The notes below the pieces were generated by a model. That model had not been told where the DNA came from and searched no databases. It was given only the letters and a program-made list of their open reading frames with translations. The translations under genes and the position numbers were made by a program. A DNA stretch of 61,478 bases, the filler included, from Sphacelaria rigidula (Eukaryota), in the NCBI GenBank assembly GCA_964200075.2. It is 7 parts of 7 records of this genome, joined end to end, with 100 filler letters (N's around TTAATTAATTAA, not from the genome) between each part and the next. Parts side by side here need not be neighbours in the genome. Positions count along the whole stretch, not along the records: positions 17,596 to 26,292 come from CAXNAA020010345.1; positions 26,393 to 35,089 come from CAXNAA020010346.1; positions 35,190 to 43,886 come from CAXNAA020010347.1; 4 more parts are not named here. The stretch is one strand, 5' to 3'. Below, in pieces: positions 22,721-36,783 of the stretch. The stretch's first letter is position 1. Every line of letters begins with the position of its first letter.

Positions 22721-25507
22721 CTGACCCGCTTGAGTTTAGTTCCGCCCGCCTACATCATTTGCCTTGGAGCATGAACATGTGCCATTTCGACTGTAGCCGA
22801 CCTACGTGGGCTACGATAGGGTAGTGCAGCACTTGGGCGGTCATTCCTAACGCCCTCATGTTTACACGAGAGACCAAGATTTGAACCGTGTGTGGTGCTA
22901 TCCATTTTGGTTGTAGAGGGTCATAATGTTCCGAAATATCTCTGCTTTTGAACGACTCCACGAACTGGTCACACAATGTAGCACAGCTGACAATGGTTTG
23001 TGTTGTGCTCCTTCTAACAACGTCGTATGTAACCAGAAACTCACGATCTTCCCCAGGGTATCATAAGCGACGGTAATAGTGCCAGCCATGCATATGAGCA
23101 CACCAGCCAATGGTATTTTGAAAATAGGTAATTCTGCTCCACTGTCTGCTAACCCCTGATGGCAGAACAAGTGTTGACAGGGTTGGCCTGGTACGCATAG
23201 AGCAAAACCCTCATGGCCATGGCACGGTTCTGATGCCCACCCTACACCGAATTGCACTCAACTCCAGAGGTTACTTCCGTTACGGCATGGTACGGTGCAG
23301 TACTGCTAGCAGTTTCAAGTGCAGCTCAAACTTCAATTACTTGTGTTTATTCTACGCGGTAATGTACAGAAAGTCTTGTCGCCTGTCGGTGCTGCTGTAC
23401 TACGCCTTGATCCACAGTTGTTTATAGCTGGGATGCGGCACGTCTCCAACTCACATGGTGGCCACAGGAATGTACTAGATGGTAGTACCGTCTCGTTGAA
23501 GGAGAGATAGCTTGTCCGGTCCAACCGACGCAGCTAGCCAAAATCGAAAAGCTGCTCCTAACGAGCTGCGGAGACTTGTCAATCATTGGCATGTATACCC
23601 GCATTTTTTTTTTAATTTTTCGAACAATCTATGTTCAAATCTGTAACCGTCATTCGTGATCTTGTAAAACCGTCGTGCTGTCCCATTCTGTTCCGAAACC
23701 AGGTACTCTTGGACTGTATATACTGAACCCCAGTCATTTCTCGGTTGACATATCATCGCAATTTAACTAAGCCAATACAACAGTAGGGGCTTGAAGCTCT
23801 GACATTTTTACCTACAATCTGCCCACGACTACCTGTAGTAGTAACAGCGAGGGCGCTTAATTTGCATCTGGTTTATGAAGTTGCCGACAAAAAGCGGCAG
23901 AGGCTCGCTCCACTCTACAACAACCGTAGGAGTGATCTACAACCGTAGGGGTGATATTTGAATCCTTGGATAAAACAGTACCATAATTCAGAATAGAATA
24001 GGCGGGTAGACAGCACACGGGTACCGTCGTCTGTCACGGCATCTCTGCATGTCATTTCGACGAAAACTGTATTGTAGTTGTAGTACCCCCCCTTGCCTCG
24101 ATGGACAACTCCATGACGTGCGGAAGCGGGCTCTTGCCATCGCTGCGGCAACTCCGTGACACGCGACACACTTTTCCGGGAAGTAATGATAACACGCGAC
24201 GGCGGAGAAGCAGAAAGCACGGCGGTGGCAACAGTCTTGCTATTGGCTGCTCTTCACCTCAAGAATCGTGTATTTCATGCAGGGTGAGCCAGGCGTGCCC
24301 GTGTTATAACTTCAAGACATACACTCGTACAAGAAGCCCCTGAACTTAAAAATCGGTGTTTTTTTTTTTTTTTTTGGGGGGGGTGTACCCGTCATCATGC
24401 ATGCTGGAATAGTCATGAGACCGTTGACCTCGCATCCCTACAAAGGCGGGACGGAGCACGCCGGGTTTTCGCCGGACCAGTCTTTTTTTTTGGGGGGGGG
24501 GGAGGGTGTGATACCCGTGGGATATTTTGCGCTACTCCAAGCATTGGAGTTATGCTCCGGCCGAGGGTGAACATCCACAGTACAGCGGGGCTCCCACTAC
24601 GATGGCGCCGTCGAAATCACTTCTCACAAATCCTTTTTTATACCCACTATTAGTTTTAATGATCACATGAAGGAAGTGCGCCGTAAGTAGTGCAGTACGA
24701 GGGTCCCGCTATAACGCGGTCATGGTAGGCTTGGAACCCATCGCGATACCTAGAATCCCGTACAGTAAAGATCGAGATAATATCTTGTTCCGGTCATTCA
24801 AACACTGTTCTCATGAAATGTTTTCAAGTACGAATAGTGACATGTAGTGCCGACTCCTGTAGTCACATGAATCATGCGGGGTTTGGGGCAAATATATTTT
24901 GCGATAGCTATCTGTATCCGCGCCCACTTCGTGCATGTGCTGTTGTAGGGTAGGTACTGTAGTGTCACGTAATGGAAGAGGGAAACCCACGTTACTCTAT
25001 TATGCAGAGAGACGAATGAAACACACATGTATATTGATACACCGGCTGGGGCAGTTGATAAAAAAAATCTGAGCGCCAAAAGATGAATCCCCCCCCCCCC
25101 CCTGGTCCAGCGAAAACCCCCGCGTGCTCCATCCCGGCTTTGTATGGATGCGAGATCAATCGTCTTATGATTACGGCGTGCAAGCAGGTCCCAAGCGCCC
25201 CCCCCCCCACCGCCGCCCCCGTGGGGGCCGTTCTACATGCCTCCAATTCCAGTACATGGGTACCCCTGGGTGACCGTTGATGAGGTATGGCGGTACTTTC
25301 TTGTAGTCGCTACTCATAGTTTGGTCCCTCTCACGTCAATGACTATAATACAGACGTACGCCTACCCGTGGACCGTCATCTGAGACCGTTCCCCACGAAT
25401 TTTGTTTTCTTTTGGGGGGCGTACTCATTTGTTGCTTGCCTTAGTCATTTGACCATTGACCACGCATCCCTTTCGAGACGGAGCATGTTTTCTTTTGGAG
25501 GGGGGGG

Positions 25508-25920
25508 GATTTTTCAGTTGAAAATTTTGATCCACTATTTGGCTCCCAAGCAGGGAATATCGCCATCACACGTCTTGGACCCTTTGCATCGCCCAACCGA
25601 GAGGAGGCTAGCCGACTCTTTTGATTCGCTTGCCTCCGGGGTTTCGGGAATGGCCTCAAAACAAAATCCAACTGGGCATGAAAACACACGATGTTTGCAA
25701 GTTTCTGTGGTGATTCCTCGATTTTTTAAATCTTGCTCGTACCTTTTCATGTCCAACTGGATTGTTAATCCGAGGCAATTCTCGAAACCTCGGAGCCAAG
25801 CGAATCGGAAAAGTGGGTTAGACTCCTCTCGGTCGATGCGAAGTGTCCAAGGCATGTGATGGCGATATTCCCTGGTTGGGGATCAACAACTGGATCAATT
25901 GTCTCAAAACTGAAAAATCC
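25508..25920. repeat. Large imperfect inverted repeat (~150-bp arms), probable MITE
   Basis: GGATTTTTCAGTT...GGGAATATCGCCATCACA pairs with TGTGATGGCGATATTCCC...AACTGAAAAATCC. Confidence 0.75.
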
Positions 25921-28900
25921 AGCCAAAAAAGAGAAGAAATCGTAGGGGACGGGTTGAGGTAATTCAATAGAGTTGTCAACAGCGATTCACAGCGATCAGG
26001 ACCCGCCAGGCGTAGTTAGGGGCAAGACACTTCCTACGATAGCCTCCGTCCCCCTCAAAAAGTGGCTGGTTTGGAGAGGAAAAATCTACACGTTAGTTGA
26101 AATGGAAAAGGCCTAGCACAACAAGCAGCTGAGAATTTTCACGCTTGGGTTCGTTTTTGCCAATGTCGCCCATATGAGGTGCTTCATGCAGCCTGAAGCC
26201 AAACATCAGGCGCTGTATGACCGTTTTCTTCGTAAGGGTTTAGGGCTGATTTGGGGGGGGGGGGAGGGGGGGGTACTCATTTGTTGCTTGCCNNNNNNNN
26301 NNNNNNNNNNNNNNNNNNNNNNNNNNNNNNNNNNNNTTAATTAATTAANNNNNNNNNNNNNNNNNNNNNNNNNNNNNNNNNNNNNNNNNNNNACTCACTT
26401 AAAGCGAATGATCAAAGCCACTCTCAATCGTATCATCTACTCTCAAATATCACGAAAACACTGTTCAGGTTGAAAACACTACTGGCGACAATGCCCATCC
26501 ATGCACCTCGCGCATGATTGCCGCCCTGCTGAGAATTCTCGTTTTCGTTATATTCCGTCACTGTATTTCCATCAATTTTGTTTTGCCCTTGATTGGAGGA
26601 ACACTTTTTCGCCAGTTCGTAGTGCAGATAACTCAGGATCAGAGTGCAGAAAAAAAACACCTCTTTGAAAAAACGTCAAAGGGGCGCATTTGGCGGATAG
26701 GGAACTAATTTTTCGTTCCACTCCGGTGCTGAGATATTTGCACTGACTTCAAGAGAGTGTCACTTCTCACCCCTCTCGTTGACCGCAAGGGTGGGTCAGC
26801 TACTGAATCACCGTCAATTCTTTTATTGAAAGAGTATGCATGATCCAGATGGACTACCCGCACCGAGGTCCGAGGGCCAACCCGCAGTCTGTTGAATCAG
26901 CAAAACATCCAGATGGATTACCGAGGCGGCATAATTGTTCCCAGACTACGGCCCCACATTTTGGGTTCAGAATTCTTGCCTCGCCACGACAAGATTTTCT
27001 TTGCCAACACCTCTGCACCCCACCCCCGCAACCCCCTAGAAACACTCGAGTGCCCCTGGAGCCTTGGACTGTTCGGAGGCCTCGCTCCCGAAGGAATTGC
27101 AACATGTATGGGGCCATCGAGGAAGATATCGTGTCAGTATTTGAGAAGAAGTGCGCTACCTCCGGCGGTTCGCTTGTTGGATTCACTTCATTACAGTGCA
27201 TGTGGTCAGGTGATCTGATCGCAGGTGCCCAGACCATCCAAATGACTTTTCTGGCTCAGGTCGCCGCGAACGAAAGTTTGCCTGATACGGGCTGGTCGGG
27301 TGTAGGTTCATGACTTGTATTGGGGTACGTTTAAATTTTGAAAGCTTATCAAGGGGTGACCTCTTCAACACGCGGACCACGATGCCGACGCAAACGGGCA
27401 GACTCCTTGGGAGAGTTCGAACTACTGCACTACTGCACGGCGGTCGTTGTTCGTTGGAGATCATACGTGCATATGGAACAAAACCGTTGCCAAGCACCGG
27501 AAACGTCACCAGGGGACTAACCCTTGAAACGATAAGGTGAATTATCTCGACGTGCGGCCATCTTTAAAACGAAATTATTGCTGATTCAACCCTCTGACGG
27601 CGGGAGGTCATCTGCTGAATCGGCATCAATTTCTGTTTGACCCCTAGACCAGGAGGGTAGTCTCATCTGGATCATGCGTACTTTTCTCGAGTGAAATTGA
27701 TGCCGATTCAACAGATGTCCTACTCTCGCCGTCTCACGGTTAAAGAAGAATGCATTATCTAGGTAGACTACCCTCGCGGTCTAACGATTAACGCATGACC
27801 GATGCTCGCACTCGAGCGTTCACGCATCGCCTCTCGAGTGCATAGCAGATGCGCACCGGTAACCGTGCCAGCCGAAGCGTTCAGAGAAAAACCAGGTCTT
27901 ACCACAGACCCTTGGGGACCGATATTTTGGAACATGGAACGAGATTATTTAGGGGAACAAGATGAGGTCGAAACCGTATCCGAGTATATACTATGACGGC
28001 TGGTCCCCGTCGAAGGTCAAAACGTAAAATACAGAGATATCGAGATCGGGTCTTTCCCATGAAAGATCTCGTTCCAGTGTCCCAGGATTCCATGTTACAT
28101 GAAGAGGTGCTACCCACGCCGCAACACTCGGGTCAATGTTCATCACTCCCGCAGACCACCGCTGTCTGCTTGGGGTCTGCGTATGCCCACCGAAAACGTC
28201 CCTCAAAAACTCCCTGGGCTTTTCCGCGGACAAAATGTCGGGAAAACATCCACGAGCGTTTCAAGCATCTTTCGGCCGCCAGGACGGGTAGTAGACTCCG
28301 CATTTGATTCAAATGTGATTGTGAATCCGCATCTTTACTGTGGGGTGCTGTAGTCCTCACGCGCTCTCCCAGCGTTCCAACAACGAGATTATGACATTTT
28401 TGGCGCCGATTTGAGGTCGGGCAACGTACACTTGCCTTGGGAATACTTAGCACCCCCGAAGAGTGAGGGATCTCAGCACGCGTTATCTGCATCTTCTATT
28501 TCATTGATTTCTTGGGATAACTGCGATGGAAATTGATCCCAAGCACGAGTAGTTTTTTCATGTGAAAAATGATGCCGATTCTGCAGACGAACTCTTCTTA
28601 CTCTCGGGGGGATAACGACGCCTGTTGAATGAGCGATTGAACACATGACAAGCTCTGACGCTCGAACGGTGAACCTCTAACTCCTTGACGCCACGTACAC
28701 AAGATGATATCGCATCCGCTCTGGCCTCTGGCCTCTGCGCTCTCAATCGGCAATCGACGAAGAGAAGAAGGAAGGAACGTTCCATGTGTTCTCAAAACCG
28801 AGCTCTTTGTACATCGCCTCTCATGATTTGGTGGTGACAGACCACGGTACTTAGAGTGGCACCCACATCGTGGAATACTGGTGAATACTTCTACTCGACT

Positions 28901-31900
28901 GTTCGCCCGCACTTTTCGTGACATGTGACTTTTTCAACACAAGAAACACTCACCCCGGTGTCCTCCATGTATCCGGTTTCGAGAGGGGTGGTCTCAGCGA
29001 TCTCAACGAGGGTAGACCAATCCAGAAAAAATGGCTCCACGGAGGGGGGCGTCAGGAGACCGTAGCAGAAGGGGGCATCACCGCAAGTGGAAGGGGGAGG
29101 AGTGGTGCCGTCATCATCGTCCCCGACAGTGTCGTCCGTCAAAATAGTTTCCGAGTCTATCGGCAATCCTTGGAGTTTTCTGTCAACCTGACGATTAGTG
29201 CACGCACGCATACACGCTGGGAAATTGGTGTTGGGGAAAAGATGACGGTGCGTGGATGCCAGCCTGCCTGCACTCATATCTGGTGATCGATGGGTTGAGG
29301 TATGGGTCGTGTTATCCCTTCATCCTGCACGCATGAGAAGGATCTAGTATAACAAGGGATTCCGCAGGGCGGGTGGGTGCTGCTCGTCGAAGCACATCCG
29401 CGCACGCAAGGATCTTGCACACGGAGAAGAGCGCGTTCTCAACAAGGCAGCGTCACGTCAGCGGATAATTGTAGTGCCCCAAACATGGATGCTGCGAGCC
29501 GTTCTGTTGCGCTGAGCTGAGTGTACTGCACTTTATTGCAGCATCCCTGCATACACGAACGCGCAGATGAGTCAAGTTCCGCGTTGGGGCGTACATACAT
29601 TGTAGGCTGAACGAGAAACACGTCCAGCCATGTACAAACAACAGTGTACGGTGCAACAGACAGTGGCAATGTAAACATGGAACTTTGACGGACAACCGTC
29701 ACGGAATATTGGAATGTTGTCACGCAATGCATAATCGAAATTCGAAGCAATCCCGACCCCAACAAACATCGTAGGGTCGCCAAGAATGGGCTGCACCACA
29801 CCCCACGAACTCGACCGGTTAAAAAGTACACACATATGGGACGTAAAGACAAGTGCTGATTGTCTACTGCACAACGAAAGTGCCGCAGCTGCACGTTTTG
29901 CATATCATATGTTGCAAGCGTGAGCGTAGATATGGGAAGAAAAGGAAATGTGGAGAATGTTGGGGTGGTTGGCTAGGGCGCGATATTGAAGTATCACCCT
30001 GATGCAAAGACGTCGCATGGAAGGCACGTCGGTGTAACTGATCGACAGCGTATGGGGCGAAAATATACATGAACGATACAAATATCCCATTCATCAAGAG
30101 TACAATACGCACATACTAGGGCTACGATTCAACAGGGCAATAACCCATTCACGTCAAATACTTACAAGCACTGGTTCATGCGTCGTGCGATGAGTATCGA
30201 CGGCCTCAGCATCATCTTTCCTCGAGCCTTGAGAAATTATCACAATGACCGCTCCGTGGAGAGCGCCAACAATGATCTCGATAGAAACAGGGGGAAAAGG
30301 GAACAGAAAGCTGTGCACGAAACCTGGGTACAAGAGATCATCCCCAAGGCACTGAACTCTATGTGGGCATGTCTGTCCCTCTCGACCTGGCGCCTGAATC
30401 ACGATATTCGAAAAAAAAAACTCGTGCCTCCTCCGGGCTCCAAACTCATTTTCACAACAACTGTTCATGGGTCGCGGTCCGAAACAAACAAAAGGCCGTC
30501 AACGCCTGGTTGTTCCAACCGTCACGTCCCGTCTAAAGCAGACAAAATCCACACCGATATGTGACATGCTTGGACATGGCAACTACCATCGTCAACCGAT
30601 CCGTAGCGCATACTTTCACGTTCTTCATATGTGACTGGGTCAGTGCTCAGCAACAGTTAGTTCAATCTGATCGTACAATGGCGTGAGCTTGACCGGAAGC
30701 CTCAAAACAAAACAGGATATCGATCGCAAGGCATCAAGAAAAGTCAAGTCTTTTCCAAATTGGGAGGAAACGATACAGACCAGACGACATGGCAAGAACC
30801 CGTTGCAACGTTGGTGGGGAGGTGATGGAACAGGTGGTGTCCGAATCGCATCTTTGCTTCATAGTAGCGGGAAATCGTTACATCTTACCTCGATTCTGTT
30901 TGAGCTGCGCGGGCTTCCGTTGACGGAAGCTTCCCCCCCTAGGGAGCGCTGACGCTGCGCCATCCGTCTCTGGAGGTAAGGACAAGCTTCAGCGGTAAGC
31001 TGAACCGAGCAGCAGTAGTAGATTGCGATGCAGCATAGAATCTTCATCGTGGGGACCTCCCGGGCGATTTTCATTGCCACGAAAATGAGGAAATGAAAAC
31101 TTTTCGCAGCGCGCGCGACTGCCCACTCCGCGGTACGTGCTCTCGGCTGAGGTCGTCGACAGCCTGTAACCGCCCCGAGATGGGCAGCTTACCACAGTGC
31201 GGCTCGATTTGTAGTGGCAGCGGTAACTGCGTGCGTATGACAAGTGATGACTTGATGTCAGGGCAGGGGATCGATTGGATACCTGGAGGGCTGTCGATGT
31301 GGTGGTGGTTTCGTAGAATGGACAGGTGGGGGAGGTTGTGGACGTAATGAAACAGGTAGTATGATGAGAGATCCGAGATCCTTTCAACGTCCAAACGGAA
31401 ATCCGAAATCCGCTGGTTTTCCAAATATGGAGAAAACCGTGATGAAAGTACGGGATTTTGTTTGTGATACACGTACTGAACATACCGCCCGGTTTGAATT
31501 TCCGGCAATTGTTTGGCCCGGCGAATTATTTTCGGAACGCGGGTGCGCAGATAGAAGTTTTCCTGTGGTAGTCATCTGTCCGGGGAAATATTTCGCATGC
31601 ACGGTATGTGCATCCCGGAATCTCGGCTGGGGAAATCTGCGAGTCACCCTGGGGCTGGGTAACCTGATGTGCCAGAAGAAAAAATGCTGGAAAGCTTCAT
31701 CTGAAACACCTGAAACTACTGTATTCTGTAGGTGCTACAAGTACCCGAATACCCCTTCCCAAGTTTGTAGTTCTGGTTGTCTCGTAATTACAATCGCTGT
31801 GGCTACACCGGAGATAATCTCGTATCGCGAGGGGTACAACACCGTTCCACTCGTGCATACGTACCCTGGTTCGTGCTCTGCCAGTCGACATGAGGGCATA

Positions 31901-32720
31901 TGGGAACACATGTTATTCGGACTTTAAGCCTTAGACCGCGAGATTAGTCTATCTGGATCATGCATACTATTTTTCACTTGAAATTGATGCCGATCCAACA
32001 GGAGACTAACTTCGCGGTCTAAGGGCTAACACATACACATATATATAGTCGATTGAGCATATATTTTTCTCTTGGTGCAGATTATGTGCAAGTAGTGGGC
32101 GACCTCCTCAATCACATGGGGAGGGACTTTGAATGAGTAGTACGGTGGGGATGGATGTGACCAGGTTTTGTTCTGTCCTCGTGTCACGGTATTGTGCCGC
32201 AGTGTGTCTGTTTCCGCGTATCGACTGACTCTCATCGAACCAACTGCACGAACGCACGTTTACTTGCTGTACTGCCCGCCAGATTATAACCGCTACCATT
32301 ACAGTCAGTATGAAGAGGTATAGCAGTACCAACGCTTATACATTTGTGGTGCTTCCACTACCGTGGCACTCAGGAGATTTCACGAGGTGCTCGTGTCCTT
32401 CACAGGTGTGTTCATTCCTCGGCAAATATGGTGCTGCCGAGTACGGAAGGTGACCACATCGAAATCATGTCTCTGTAAATCCTTTCGCCAGATGACCCCT
32501 GTGACGTCAGTAGTAGCGTCCAGTGTGGTTGTGGAGAGATTACTGTACTGTATTATTGCCTTCAAGGAATTCCACACGCGGAAGTGGCAAGAAACTGGCT
32601 CTATGCGTTTGTGGCGTTGAATCAAGTCTTTCCGTTGGTTGAAGCAGGCAATCGGGGTGCGCATGACACGACATGAAAAGGATGCAATTACTTTTCATGC
32701 AGCCTTGCACTCGTGCGATA

Positions 32721-32722
<2 letters not shown>

Positions 32723-32768
<46 letters not shown>
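32723..32768. repeat. (TA)n microsatellite
   Basis: Read directly. Confidence 0.95.
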
Positions 32769-34278
32769 GTACATAAAGCACAGTATATACCTCGGGCTAT
32801 TATACAGGGCAGCTTTTCCTTGATGCCTTTGATACCTGCGATGCGAAGATAGCAAAGGCGATCACCGACCGTGTGCCACACATCACTCGCCGAACAGCGG
32901 GCGTATGTATGTCGCCAGTTTTCCTTCTTTCAGTCACCATGCTTTCATCGCAGGTGTTAGCGACCCTGCCTTACACAACCGCACAGCGATTTCAGGCAGT
33001 GAAATTAATGTCAGACCAGTATTCATGTATGTCCGTATGCATGTGTTATTTCGGCGTTGGATCGAGAAGAGATCTTTCATGGAACATATTATGGATGGGA
33101 AGACGATCTATCCCAGATCCTGCGTGGACGGTGATACGTTAACCGTTTGCCAGTGGAGCTGTCGACTGACTCCCTTCTCTTTATTGTGGTTAACCCGAAT
33201 CCATCTCCTTGGTTCTCGCAAGCGCGCTCCTAAAGGTAAAATCGCCCAACATGCCTTGAATTTGACGGGTTAATTATATTTGACTTGATCGCAAAATGGG
33301 CAAACTCAGCACTCGAAAACCAACTTTCAAAGCAACGAACGGTTCAAAGAGTTGTTGTTATTTCGTTATTTCCTTTGAAAAAAGAGATTGGGGGGACAGA
33401 TCCGCCGGAGACCCATCAGATCAGGGATGCGGATAAAGGATGAAGGATGTCCCTGCAGAGGACCAACGTGCGGGTTGGCAGATCTCAAATCGGCGAATTG
33501 TACGCGCTGCGGGGAGCTCTTGGGACCATAACCTCCATAACGATCCAAATCTCTGTGTCCAGATCGAAAATGTTTCACCTACGAGCTCGCGCGAACCCCC
33601 AGTAGCGTTTGATTCGCCTCCAAATTTGTCATGGTTGATATTACTTCATTTGAGTCTGAAGAGTGATATTCGGATCTTTGTGTTGGACTGACCTACGACA
33701 CCGACCGAGAGCCTCCCAGCACATACATTGCCTGGGTCATCCTTTGCAACCCCGTTGCCCAAGGGTTTCGGTATGCCTTGAGTTGTAGTCGGGGTTGGGG
33801 TTGGGTTTACGGTTGAAATTTCTCTATCGTCTATTATGGAGGCGAACTAGGGCGAACCATCCTGCTAAGTCCACTCACACCAAGCATCAACGAAGTTCGG
33901 AACAAGAGTCTCGAGTCTTGCTGCTGTTAAACATGAGCCCTACGCGAATCCCGAGTCACCGGTACAGGGTAAACTGAGGACGAGTCTGACAACAACAGTG
34001 TTCCGTCCAAAGGGTATGGCATACTAAAAACCTGGATATAAAGTATGCCATACCCTTTGGTTCCACCAGATTCAGTGTCGCCACGTTCTTCATCGCTCTC
34101 TTCACTAGAGCGAGACGCGAGAGAGTCAAAGAAGTACACACGTCACTAAACCACAATGATGTTCACAAACAGCTGTGCTGTATCTCCAAAAGTCTTTCCT
34201 CAACGAAGTCTGGCTCAGTTCTAATTCTACCCAGTACAGCGCACAATCCAGCGATGGATACCTTTCCCAACGCAGAAT

Positions 34279-34660
34279 AGGCCGCAGACGTCTCATCAAA
34301 TTATTTTCGTGTCGAAAACGTGGGGTCGAATCGACTTCGCTCGTTTTTTATTCGTCCACGCTCTTTATTTTCTCAGATGGTTAAGAACATGAATGCCGTA
34401 GACGTATCAGGTGCCAGCACATTCGACTCCACCGAACGTTTTCGAGTCGAAAAACAAATAAATAAAAGGCCGTGTCTCATAAAAAAAGAATCGACTCGAA
34501 AACGTACGGTGGAATCGAATTCGCTCGTTTCTAATTCGTCCACGCTGCTCATTTTCTCAGGTGGTTGAGAACATGGATGCCGTGGACGTATCAGGTACGA
34601 GCAATTTTGATTCCACCGTACGTTTTCGAGTCGAAAGCAATCGGGTAAGACACGGCCTAA
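34279..34660. repeat. Tandem dimer of a ~190-bp palindromic MITE (GGCC termini, Harbinger-like)
   Basis: Two colinear units starting at ~34280 and ~34468; the second runs AGGCCGTGTCTC...AGACACGGCCT. Confidence 0.7.
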
Positions 34661-34824
34661 GAATAATTTCACAACACAAGGCAGACAGCAGACAGATGTT
34701 TTACTAGTTGTAGACGCCAAAAAGTCATTTTTCAAAATGCCCATCCGTGACGCGATGACAGAATACTGACAGTGCATGACAGTCAGCGAGCCGAAACTCT
34801 ACAGGCAAGTGCCCTGTGATAGTA

Positions 34825-34916
34825 TAAGAGACAACCAACTAGACTACTGACCAGTCAGCGCTGACTGGTCAATGACTGGTTAATGACTGGTCAGTAGTCT
34901 AGTTGGTTGTCTCTTA
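34825..34916. repeat. Perfect 33-bp inverted repeat (mini foldback, TA ends)
   Basis: TAAGAGACAACCAACTAGACTACTGACCAGTCA and its exact reverse complement at 34884-34916. Confidence 0.9.
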
Positions 34917-34917
34917 A

Positions 34918-35015
34918 CCCTGAGACTGCGAGGGTAGTCTTCCTGGATCATGCATACTTTTTTCAAGTGGAATTGGTGCCGATTCAACAGAAAGACTAAC
35001 CTCGCGGTCTAAGGG
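34918..35015. mobile_element. 98-bp piggyBac-type MITE (copies at 31928-32025, 27641-27739, ~26776-26876; partial 17716-17790, ~28545-28610)
   Basis: TTAA|CCCTGAGACTGCGAGG...CCTCGCGGTCTAAGGG|TTAA. Confidence 0.85.
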
Positions 35016-35389
35016 TTAAACCGTCACAAAAGCTTGTCGTGGGGGTTCAATCCCCGTCACTTTCACTCCGAGGAGGGCGACTCCCCTTGNNNNNNNNNNN
35101 NNNNNNNNNNNNNNNNNNNNNNNNNNNNNNNNNTTAATTAATTAANNNNNNNNNNNNNNNNNNNNNNNNNNNNNNNNNNNNNNNNNNNNTATCTTGCTGT
35201 TGGCTTTCCGTTTTGTTTGTCGTGCTTGCTTCTTGTGTATCGTTGCTTTGGGTTTGTTGTGGGGGGGGGATTGTAGGCGGGGGTGTGAAATGGCATCATG
35301 ATAATGTTCAAACCGTAATCATAACGGTAATCGTACCTGCTGCTATAACCTTGACTGCATCTGTACCTGTAACCGCTGTGGTGCAACAG

Positions 35390-35534
35390 GGGACTGGCAT
35401 CGGCCGAGCGGGTGTTTACTCTGGTGGACCGAGTGCCTGCTGTTGCGCTTGACGAAGGCCTCACGCCAACCGACAGGGCTGCCGGGAACGTGGAGTTCAA
35501 GGACGTGTGGTTCCAGTATCACGGTCGCGATAAG
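35390..35534 (+). CDS. ABCB transporter exon (TMD-NBD linker)
   Basis: GLASAERVFTLVDRVP...GNVEFKDVWFQY; AG/GT boundaries. Confidence 0.9.
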
Positions 35535-36783
35535 GTACGGGTACAGTTTGCACACAGTGTATACTGGAGATAAGGTATAGGTACCGTGATGCCCAGCATC
35601 TGGGGTAAAATGGTCACTGGAGATGAAGGATATTTTGTGCATGTTACTACTGTAGGACAGACACGACATGAGTGTCCGTATGGAAGCATTACAGTAACAT
35701 CTATGGGACGGACGTGATGCAATGAATGCGTGAGGATCTACGATACGGACATGTCTATGCTTTGTCGATGTTTGGTTTGAATTGCTACCCTTTCTTTTTG
35801 GCCCCCTTTTTTTGTGCACGTGATATTTCTAAAAGAAGCAGTATCACGCCATCGAGCGAAATACAGATCATGTTGCACTCGCTTGGTATTATATCCAACC
35901 CATGCTCATCGATACGAAGTGTTGTTTTCACGTACGTCTGAAAATCGTACGAACCGTCATCGGTTGAACCGCAATGAAACATACAGCCGGATCGACATTT
36001 CGTGATTTGGTTCTGTGGAGTACCTGCTTGCTCCACCCGAGGTGGTGTAAACGGCGCCTGCGCCGTCCTTGTGTGGAATGTTTCTCGGAGAAATGCCAAG
36101 AGATGGATTGGAGTGTCAGATGGTGTTTGCGAGGTTTGTCGGCGACGGCCCATGATTAGGACGAGAACCTCTGTGTTATGCATCGCACGCCTGACCGACC
36201 GCCGACCGACCGTTGCGTCGTGGAAGAAACAACAAATGTTGCCCTCTTGGTGGGTGAAATGAATTCCCGTTGTTTTTTCGCGTGGTTTATTTTCCGTCTT
36301 CTTTCATCTCCTTTTATGTCCTTCCTCCACGATGTTTTCTGTTTTTTGTTCCTTTGTTCTAAAAATATATCGTTGCTTTGTTTTGTTCCCCGTTTTCCAG
36401 TTTGCTGTCTTTGCTCTCTTTGCTCTCTTTTCCTTTTTTCTGAATTTCACGAACTTCCTGTGACGGAGTGTTTTTGTTTTATCTTTACCTTGGGTACGTC
36501 TATCTTTTTGTGGATAATGACCAATCACGGCTGGGTTCCTCGCGTATGAATCAGTTGATGTGCGACAACCGATCGCTCAGTCAATCGATGAATCAATCGC
36601 TCAATTTCTGAACAGGGCGCACGAGAGCACAGGTCCGCATGCTAAAACTACGGGCTGTTCGGTTTTACAGCGAAAAGCAAGAGGTGCATTGCAAAAGTCA
36701 GTTCACCGCCTTTGAATCAATCATGTTCCACTCAAGCATGCAACGCTTGGCCATCATTTCATTTCGCCCACACGAACGAGCAG

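Noticed and set aside
31361..31927. 188-aa ORF
   Set aside because: No recognisable domain or splice support; compatible with chance.
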